From positions 64,001-128,000 of the forward strand of contig JAZKFH010000002.1 in NCBI GenBank assembly GCA_040386535.1: a DNA stretch of 64,000 nt. Reading direction: 5' to 3'. The position numbers were made by a program, and so were the translations under genes. The notes beneath the pieces are model-generated. The model was given only the letters and a program-made list of their open reading frames with translations, was not told where the DNA came from and did not search any database. The DNA comes from Myxococcota bacterium (GTDB lineage: Bacteria > Myxococcota_A > UBA796 > SXON01). Positions 34,818 to 42,163 of this stretch are shown piece by piece. Numbering within the stretch: the first letter of the stretch is position 1; each line of letters opens with the position of its first letter.

Positions 34818-36821
34818 CTACGCCCGGTGGAACCGGCGTTCGAGCTCGCCGGTGCCCACGCGGATCGCGACGGGCCGGCCGTGCGCGCACACGGAGAAGT
34901 CGACCTCGTCGAGCGCGACGAGCAGGGCGCGCATCTCGAGCTCGGAGAGGACCTGGCCCGCGCGCACGCTCGTGTGGCACGCCCGCGTCGCGAGCGCGAG
35001 CTGCAGGCGATCGTCCGCCGCGGTGGCACCGCCGCCCTCGGCGAGCTCGTCCGCGATGTCGGCGAGCAGCGTGTGCAGGTCCATGTCGCGGAGCGCGGCG
35101 GGGAGGCCCAGGACGGCGAACGTGCCGCCGCCCATCGGCGATACTTCGAGGCCGTAGGGCGCGAGCCGGTCGACCTGGGCCGCGAGCAGGCGCGCGCGGG
35201 CGGCGGGCAGCTCGATCATCACGGGGACGAGCAGGCGCTGGGCCCCGCCGAGCGCGGCGCGCGGATCGCGCGTGAGCTTGTAGAGGGTCACGCGCTCGTG
35301 GGCCGCGTGCTGGTCGATGACGACGAGCTCGCCGGCGCCCTCGCACAGCACGTAGGTGGCCGCGAGCTGCCCCACGACGCGCAGATCGCGGAAGCGCGGC
35401 ACCGGGAGCAGCGCGTCGGGCGGGAGCGGGCGGGCGGGGCCGGACGGTGACGCGGCCGGGGGGAAAGACGGCGCGCGCGATGGGGGCGAGGGCGGCGCCA
35501 CCGGGGCGGGGGCCGGCATCCCGAGGGCGGCGGGCCGGCTCGGCGGGGGCGACACCTCCGGGGCGGCGGCGCGGGCGCTCGGCCACGGGGCGGGCTCCTC
35601 CGCGGCGGTGGGCTCCGCCACTCGCAACGGCGAGGGCTCGGGTGGCGCGACGTAGGTGGGCGCAGGGGCGGAGGGGGCGACGTAGGCCCGGGCGATGTCC
35701 TCCCCGACCGGCTCCGGCGTGAACGGGGGCTCGACAGCCTCCGGCACGTCCGCCCGCCAGCCGAGGCCGACCTGAGAGGCCCCCCGCTCGGCCGCGGGCT
35801 GGTAGCGGGCCTCGACAGCGACCGGGCGCCGGATCCCGTGCTCGCGCAGCGCGTTGCGGAGGCCCTCGGTGATCGCGCCCTGGAGCGCGTACCCGTTCAC
35901 GAAGCGCACCTCGGTCTTCGCCGGATGCACGTTCACGTCCACGTCCTCGGGGGGGACGCGCACCTCGAGGATGACGACGGGGTAGCGGTCCTTGGGGACG
36001 ATGCCGGCGTACGCCGCGGTCACCGCGCGGCGGAGCACGAGATCGCGCACGTAGCGGCCGTTGACATACAACCAGGAGCTGCCCTGCGGCGACGCGCGGT
36101 GGACGCCGACCGGGGAGATCAACGCGTCGACCTCGAGGCCGCCGCGGGTGAACGACACCGGGACCAGGGCCTCGCCGTGCGCGCCGAGCAGATCCGCGGC
36201 ACGACGGGCGCGGGTCCCGCTCGGCGGGCAACGCAGCAGGCTGCGGTCGTCGTGCGTGACGTCGAGATCGAGGTCGGGGCGGATGAGCGCCTCGCGCGTG
36301 ACGGCCTCGAGGCAGTGGCCGAGCTCGGTCTCCACGCTGCGGAGGAACTTGCGCCGCGCCGGCACGTTGAAGAAGAGCGACCCGACGGTGACCTCGGTGC
36401 CCGGCGCTGCGCCGGCGGGCGACACGTCCATGAGCTTGCCGCCCTCGACCCGGATGTGGGTGCCGGCCTCGGACTCCCGTTGCCGGGTGAGGATCTCGAA
36501 CTTCGAGACGCTCGCGATGCTCGGGATCGCCTCGCCGCGGAAGCCGAGCGTCGAGATGCGGAACAGATCGTCGTCCCGCAGGATCTTGCTCGTGGCGTGG
36601 CGTTCGAGGCACATCACCGCGTCGGTGCGGTTCATGCCGAAGCCGTCATCCACCACGCGCACGAGGTTGCGCCCGCCCGCGCGCAAGTGCACGCCGAGGC
36701 TGGTGGCGCCCGCGTCGAGCGCGTTCTCGACGAGCTCCTTGACCACCGACGCCGGGCGCTCGACCACCTCGCCCGCGGCGATCTTGTTGATCAGGTGCTC
36801 TTCGAGGATGCGGACGGCCAC
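34818..36821 (-). CDS. mutL: DNA mismatch repair endonuclease MutL
   Basis: IAAGEVVERPASVVKELVEN, HATSKI, GFRGEA, DVNVHPAK, DQHAAHER and CAHGRP. Confidence 0.97.
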   Translation of the reverse strand: MAVRILEEHLINKIAAGEVVERPASVVKELVENALDAGATSLGVHLRAGGRNLVRVVDDGFGMNRTDAVMCLERHATSKILRDDDLFRISTLGFRGEAIPSIASVSKFEILTRQRESEAGTHIRVEGGKLMDVSPAGAAPGTEVTVGSLFFNVPARRKFLRSVETELGHCLEAVTREALIRPDLDLDVTHDDRSLLRCPPSGTRARRAADLLGAHGEALVPVSFTRGGLEVDALISPVGVHRASPQGSSWLYVNGRYVRDLVLRRAVTAAYAGIVPKDRYPVVILEVRVPPEDVDVNVHPAKTEVRFVNGYALQGAITEGLRNALREHGIRRPVAVEARYQPAAERGASQVGLGWRADVPEAVEPPFTPEPVGEDIARAYVAPSAPAPTYVAPPEPSPLRVAEPTAAEEPAPWPSARAAAPEVSPPPSRPAALGMPAPAPVAPPSPPSRAPSFPPAASPSGPARPLPPDALLPVPRFRDLRVVGQLAATYVLCEGAGELVVIDQHAAHERVTLYKLTRDPRAALGGAQRLLVPVMIELPAARARLLAAQVDRLAPYGLEVSPMGGGTFAVLGLPAALRDMDLHTLLADIADELAEGGGATAADDRLQLALATRACHTSVRAGQVLSELEMRALLVALDEVDFSVCAHGRPVAIRVGTGELERRFHRA

Positions 36822-36919
36822 GGTCGCGTCTAACCCGGCGGACGGCGGACGCGGCGCGCCGGCCAAGGTAGGGCTTGCCTCTCCCGCCCGAGTGTCGAAC
36901 CTCCCTGGAAGGGGGTCAC

Positions 36920-37855
36920 ATGGAAGAGGACCAGATTCGCGAAGGGCGGGAACGCCACGAAGAGCCGAGCGGCGAACGCGTGTCGCACGAGGGAGTGGAG
37001 CGCCTGCGCGCCTTGTTGGGGAGCCGGCCAGTGGTGATGCTCACCACCATGGAGCCGGGGGGCTCGCTCCGGAGCCGGCCGATGGCCATCCAGGAGATCA
37101 ACGACCAGGGAGAGGCGTTCCTCATCACCCAACGCTCGTCGCCGAAAGTCGAGGAGGTGGCGCGCGAGCACCACGTCAATCTCGCGTTCTTCCGCACGGT
37201 GCGCGGGCGCTACGTCTCCGTGAGCGGCCGCGCCACGGTCATGCGGGACGACACGAAGCTGCGCCAGCTCTGGCACCCGACCCTCCAGGCCTGGTTCCCG
37301 GACGGCCTGGACGACCCTGATCTGTGCCTGCTGCGCGTCCGCATCGACAAGGCGGAGACCTGGAACGCGCCCGTCGGAAACCTCATCCAGGTCGCGCGCC
37401 TTGCCGGCTCCATCCTCGGCCGCAGCCCGCGACCGACCCACGAGGAGGGCCGCGACACCCTCGTCATCCGGGTCCAGCAGCCCGGGATCGGCGACACCGC
37501 CGGGATCCTGGGTGCGGCTGGCGGCAACATGGGCGTCGCGCCACGCGCGCCGAGGGAGCCCGGCAAGGCCCGCGTGGTGGGCGCCTCCGGCGGCACCATG
37601 GGAGAGGCGCCGATCAACGGGAAGAAGCGGGAGGCGCCCACGGCGCCACGCGCCGCCAGGACCGAGCTGCCCGAGCCCCGCATGGACATCCCGCTGGGGG
37701 CCCGGACCGAGACGGTGACGCCGCCCAAGCCGGCACGGGCCGCCGCCACGGCGGAGAACAAGGCGATGGCGGGAGAGGTCAAGAAGCACGCGCAGATCAA
37801 GCCCGAGCCGCCCATCGGGGACGCGGCGCCGCGCCGGGGTGGCCGGGGGCGTTGA
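36920..37855 (+). CDS. General stress protein 26 / pyridoxamine 5'-phosphate oxidase-like FMN-binding protein with a long C-terminal tail
   Basis: MLTT....LRSRPM, YVSVSG.A and W.P...AWFPDG.DDP.L.LL.V. Confidence 0.85.
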   Translation: MEEDQIREGRERHEEPSGERVSHEGVERLRALLGSRPVVMLTTMEPGGSLRSRPMAIQEINDQGEAFLITQRSSPKVEEVAREHHVNLAFFRTVRGRYVSVSGRATVMRDDTKLRQLWHPTLQAWFPDGLDDPDLCLLRVRIDKAETWNAPVGNLIQVARLAGSILGRSPRPTHEEGRDTLVIRVQQPGIGDTAGILGAAGGNMGVAPRAPREPGKARVVGASGGTMGEAPINGKKREAPTAPRAARTELPEPRMDIPLGARTETVTPPKPARAAATAENKAMAGEVKKHAQIKPEPPIGDAAPRRGGRGR

Positions 37856-37993
37856 ACCCCGCGGGTGACACGCCCAGGAGTGCCACCCGCCCGGTGAGAC
37901 GCGGCGGGGGAGCTGCGGCTGGTGACAGAACGCGACGGGGCCGCCCTGATCCGCCCCGCGGATCCCGGCGTACCCTATGTGTTGGAGCCGCCC

Positions 37994-38491
37994 ATGACCC
38001 TCCCCGCCTCCGTCCGCGCCACCGTCTTCGCGCTCGTCGCCGTCTTCGGGTGCGCCGCCACGCCCGCTGCCGGCGGACCCCCCGCCCCTGCCAAGACCTA
38101 CGAGGTCCAGAAGACCGAGGCGGAGTGGCGCGCCCAGCTCACGCCCGCGCAGTACCGGATCCTCCGCGAGAAGGACACCGAGCGCGCCTTCAGCGGTACC
38201 CACGTGAACGAGCATCGCGACGGCGTATACGCTTGCGCGGGCTGCGGGCTCGCCTTGTTCGACGCCAAGGACAAGTTCGAGTCGGGCACGGGCTGGCCGA
38301 GCTACACGCGGCCCGTCAAGGCCGACGCGGTCGAGGTCGAGCTCGACGTGAAGTACGGCATGGTGCGCGAGGAGGTGCTCTGCAACCGCTGCGGCGGGCA
38401 CCTCGGCCACGTGTTCGACGACGGGCCGAAGCCGACCGGCAAGCGCTACTGCATCAACTCGGAGTCGCTCACGTTCACGGCCGCCAAGTAG
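37994..38491 (+). CDS. msrB: Peptide-methionine (R)-S-oxide reductase with a signal peptide
   Basis: [38 protein letters not shown]; hydrophobic N-terminus ending VFGC. Confidence 0.95.
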   Translation: MTLPASVRATVFALVAVFGCAATPAAGGPPAPAKTYEVQKTEAEWRAQLTPAQYRILREKDTERAFSGTHVNEHRDGVYACAGCGLALFDAKDKFESGTGWPSYTRPVKADAVEVELDVKYGMVREEVLCNRCGGHLGHVFDDGPKPTGKRYCINSESLTFTAAK

Positions 38492-38518
38492 CGGACCCGG
38501 AAGTAGCCGCGGCGCGAA

Positions 38519-40000
38519 CTACTCCTCGCCGGCCTCGCCTTCTTCGGTGTCTTCGCCTTCCTCGCCCTCTTCGAGGCCTTCCTCGTCGTCGAGGAACGCC
38601 TCGTCCCCCTCGTCCAGATCGACCATCTGGAAGAGCGGGACGTTCGGGATCGGCGCGGAGCCGTCCTCCTTGGCCTCACCCGGGCGCCGCTTGCGACGGT
38701 ACTGGATGCGGATGGGCGAGCCGGCGAACCCGAACTCGGCGCGGAGCCGGTTCTGGAGGTAGCGGTCGTACCCGTCTCCCACGCCCTCGGGCGTGTTGCA
38801 GAAGATCGTGAACGTGGGCGGCCGCACGCGCACCTGCGTCATGTAGTTCAGGCGCACGTCGTGGTGGTAGCGCTGCGGCGGCGAGTAGGCCTCGACGGAC
38901 GCGCGGAGAAAATCGTTCAGGCGCGCGGTCGTGACGCGCTGGTTGAACGAGGCGAAGACGCCGCGCGCGGTGTCGAGCACCTTGCCGGTGCCCTTGCCCG
39001 TGGTGGCCGAGATGTAGAGCACCGGCGCGTGCGCGATGTGCGGCAGCTTGCGGCTGAACTCGTCCTCGACGGTCTTGATGTCGCGATCTTCCATGTCGCG
39101 CACCTTGTCCCACTTGTTCACGAGCACGATGAGCCCGCGACCGCGCTCGACCACGAGGGCCGCGAGGTGCGCGTCCTGCTCGGTCACGCCCTCCGCGCCG
39201 TCGATGACGAGCATCACGATGTGGCAGCGCTCGATCGTGCGGATCGACGCGCCGACCATGAGGCCTTCGAGCTTGTCCTCGATGCGGCCGCGGCGGCGGA
39301 TGCCCGCGGTGTCGACCAGGCGGAACTTCGTGCCGTCGTACTCCATCGTGGAGTCCGTCGAGTCCACCGTGGTGCCGGGCGCGTCGTTGACGACGTGGCG
39401 ATCCTCGCCGAGCAGCTTGTTCAGGAGCGTGCTCTTGCCGACGTTCGGGCGGCCGAGCACCGACATGCGGATCTCCGCCTCGTCCTCCGGCTCGGGCTCG
39501 ACCTCCGGGGGGAAGTGCGCGCTCACGGCGTCCATCAGCTCGAACATGCCGCGGCCGTGTTCCGCGCTGATGGGCACGAGCTCGCGGAAGCCGAGCTCCC
39601 AGAACTCGTTCGACTCGTCGTCATGGTTCGCGACGTCACACTTGTTGACGGCGAGGATGATCGGCTTGCCGGCGGCGCGGATCAGGTCGGCCGTCTGCTG
39701 GTCGGGGGGCGTGATGCCGGCCTGCCGATCCACCAGGAGGATGACCACGTCCGCCTCTTCCACCGCCGCCTCGGACTGGCGACGCATGGCGGCGAACAGG
39801 TTGTCGTCCGGCTCGGGCTCGAAACCGCCCGTGTCGACGAGGAGATAGCTACGCTCCTGCCACGCGGCAGTCTCGTAGTTCCGGTCACGGGTGACACCCG
39901 GCCGGTCGTGGACGAGGGCCTTGCGCGTACCGATGAGACGGTTGAACAAGGTAGACTTGCCGACGTTGGGTCGGCCGACGATTGCGACGACGGGGAGCAC
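38519..40000 (-). CDS. der: Ribosome biogenesis GTPase Der
   Basis: Two GRPNVGKS P-loops, DTGG/DTAG, NKCD/NKWD and a KH-like C-terminal domain. Confidence 0.97.
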   Translation of the reverse strand: MLPVVAIVGRPNVGKSTLFNRLIGTRKALVHDRPGVTRDRNYETAAWQERSYLLVDTGGFEPEPDDNLFAAMRRQSEAAVEEADVVILLVDRQAGITPPDQQTADLIRAAGKPIILAVNKCDVANHDDESNEFWELGFRELVPISAEHGRGMFELMDAVSAHFPPEVEPEPEDEAEIRMSVLGRPNVGKSTLLNKLLGEDRHVVNDAPGTTVDSTDSTMEYDGTKFRLVDTAGIRRRGRIEDKLEGLMVGASIRTIERCHIVMLVIDGAEGVTEQDAHLAALVVERGRGLIVLVNKWDKVRDMEDRDIKTVEDEFSRKLPHIAHAPVLYISATTGKGTGKVLDTARGVFASFNQRVTTARLNDFLRASVEAYSPPQRYHHDVRLNYMTQVRVRPPTFTIFCNTPEGVGDGYDRYLQNRLRAEFGFAGSPIRIQYRRKRRPGEAKEDGSAPIPNVPLFQMVDLDEGDEAFLDDEEGLEEGEEGEDTEEGEAGEE

Positions 40001-40061
40001 GGGGCCGGCTAAGCCGGCGCGGCCTCGGGATCCACCGTTCCTCGCGTGACGGGACGATTGA

Positions 40062-40991
40062 CTACGCGTACCCGAGTCCGCGGAGCGCCCGCGGGTTCGA
40101 TGTCCAATCCTTCTCGACGACCACGAACAGATCGAGGCGCACCCGGCAATCCAGCAGGTGCGCAAGCTGGGTGCGCGCCTCGCTGCCGATCTTCTTCACC
40201 ATGGTGCCGCCCTTGCCGATGAGGATGGCCTTCTGGCTGGGCTTCTCCACGATGATGCGCGCGTGGATGCGCACGATGTTCTCGGTCTCCCGGACGGACT
40301 CGTCGAATTGTTCGATCTCGACCGCCGTGGCGTAGGGCACCTCCTGCCCACAGTTTTCGAAGATCCGCTCGCGGATGAGCTCGGCGCAGATCTGGCGCTC
40401 CATGGCGTCGGTCACGTGATCGGCCGGGTAGATCGCGGGCTGCTCGGGCAGGAGCTTCTTCCACTCGGCGACCAGCGTGTCCAGGCCGTCCCCCGACGAC
40501 GCGCTCACCGGCACGATCGGCGCCTTGATCTCGGCCTCCTGGAAGGCCGCGAGCACCGGGAGGAGCCAGCCCTTCTCGATGAGATCGACCTTGTTCAGCG
40601 CGATGACGAGCGGGCGATCCTTCACCCGCTCCAGCACCGAGAGCAGCGCGGCGTCGAACACGGCGGTGCCGTTCTTGGCGGCGCGGGCGAGCGGCTCGGC
40701 GTCCACGATCCAACACACGGCGTCGACATCGGCGACGACGTGCTCGGCTTCGCGCACCATGTGGGCGTTCAGCGGGGTCCACGCCTCGTGCAGGCCCGGG
40801 GTGTCCCAGAGGACGGCCTGCATCTGTTCGGTGGTGTAGACGCCGGCCACGCGGTTGCGGGTGGTCTGCGGGCGGTGGGAGACGGCGCTGATCTTGGCGC
40901 CCACCAGCTGGTTGAGGAGGGTGGACTTGCCCGCGTTGGGGCGGCCCACGAGGCCGATGGTCCCGGCGTGAAACGGTGCTTCAGACGACAT
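40062..40991 (-). CDS. era: GTPase Era
   Basis: GRPNAGKSTL, QTTR, DTPG, NKVD, EVPY and ILIGKGG. Confidence 0.97.
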   Translation of the reverse strand: MSSEAPFHAGTIGLVGRPNAGKSTLLNQLVGAKISAVSHRPQTTRNRVAGVYTTEQMQAVLWDTPGLHEAWTPLNAHMVREAEHVVADVDAVCWIVDAEPLARAAKNGTAVFDAALLSVLERVKDRPLVIALNKVDLIEKGWLLPVLAAFQEAEIKAPIVPVSASSGDGLDTLVAEWKKLLPEQPAIYPADHVTDAMERQICAELIRERIFENCGQEVPYATAVEIEQFDESVRETENIVRIHARIIVEKPSQKAILIGKGGTMVKKIGSEARTQLAHLLDCRVRLDLFVVVEKDWTSNPRALRGLGYA

Positions 40992-41074
40992 GCGGCCCCC
41001 TTAACGGGCGCGCCCGGTCCGGACGAGCCAGCCTCGTCGGGCCTACCCCTCCTCGAACCTCCCCGTCGTCCTGC

Positions 41075-42163
41075 CTACCCGTCGTCCGGCAGGGCCGCGC
41101 CGCGCTCCTTGAGCCACTTGCGCATCTCGTCCTTGTCGAGCGCCTTCTCCAGCGCCGCATGCGGCTCGATCGCGTCCTTCTCCACCAGCGCCTTCAAACT
41201 GTCGTCCATCGCGATCATGCCGAGCGCCTTGCCCTGCGAGAGCATGCCCGCGATCTGGTGGGTCTTGCCCTCGCGGATGAGCGCGGAGAGTGCGGGCGTC
41301 CCGAAGAGGATCTCGAGCGCGGCCACGCGCCCGCCGCCCTTGCGACGCAACAGTTGCTGGGCGAGCACCCCCTTCAGAACGCCCGCGAGGATGCCGCGCA
41401 CCCCCTCCTGCTGGTCGGTCGGGAACACGTTGATGATGCGGTCGATGGTCTTGGAGGCGGAGTTGGTGTGGAGCGTGCCGAAGACGAGCAGTCCCGTCTC
41501 GGCGGCCTTGAGCGCCATCTCGATCGTCTCCAGGTCGCGCATCTCGCCCACCAGGATGCAGTCCGGGTCCTCGCGCACAGCGGCCCGGAGCGCGGCGGTG
41601 AACGACTTGGAGTGCGGCCCGATCTCGCGCTGGCTCACCAGCGACTTCTTGTTGGCGTGCACGAACTCGATGGGGTCCTCGATCGTGACCATGTGCAGCG
41701 CGCGCGTGTTGTTCATCTCGTGGATGATGGCGGAGAGCGTGGTGGATTTTCCCGATCCCGTGGGCCCCGTGACCAGCACGAGCCCGCCGTCGAGCGTCAT
41801 GAGCTTCTTGACGCTCGCGGGCAGGCCGAGCTGCTCGACGGTCATCAACTTGGTCGGGATGATGCGGAACACCGCGCCCATGCCCCGCTGCTGCCGGAAC
41901 ATGTTGACACGGAAACGCGCCAGGCCCGGCACCTCGTAGGCATAGTCCGCGTCGCCCTCGGCCACGAACGACTCCCAGATGTGCGGCGGGGAGATCGGCT
42001 TGAGGAAGCTCTCGAAGTCGCGATCGTCGAGCACCCGGTAGCGGATGGGCTCCATGCGCCCGGACAGCCGGAAGATCGGCGGGCGACCAACCGACAAGTG
42101 CAGGTCGGAGGCGCCACGATCGTTCATCAGCTTGAGGAACCGGTCGATGCGGTTGCCGGTCAC
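41075..42163 (-). CDS. PilT/PilU-family retraction-type ATPase
   Basis: ASDLHL, RFRVN.F, GPTGSGKSTT, TIEDPIE, GEMRD and GTLHT. Confidence 0.93.
   Translation of the reverse strand: MTGNRIDRFLKLMNDRGASDLHLSVGRPPIFRLSGRMEPIRYRVLDDRDFESFLKPISPPHIWESFVAEGDADYAYEVPGLARFRVNMFRQQRGMGAVFRIIPTKLMTVEQLGLPASVKKLMTLDGGLVLVTGPTGSGKSTTLSAIIHEMNNTRALHMVTIEDPIEFVHANKKSLVSQREIGPHSKSFTAALRAAVREDPDCILVGEMRDLETIEMALKAAETGLLVFGTLHTNSASKTIDRIINVFPTDQQEGVRGILAGVLKGVLAQQLLRRKGGGRVAALEILFGTPALSALIREGKTHQIAGMLSQGKALGMIAMDDSLKALVEKDAIEPHAALEKALDKDEMRKWLKERGAALPDDG

Noticed and set aside
34808..35029. 74-aa N-terminal extension of MiaA from the ORF track
   Set aside because: It overlaps the mutL 3' end in another frame, is Arg/Ser/Ala-rich and non-homologous, and an SD sits right before the ATC at 34807.
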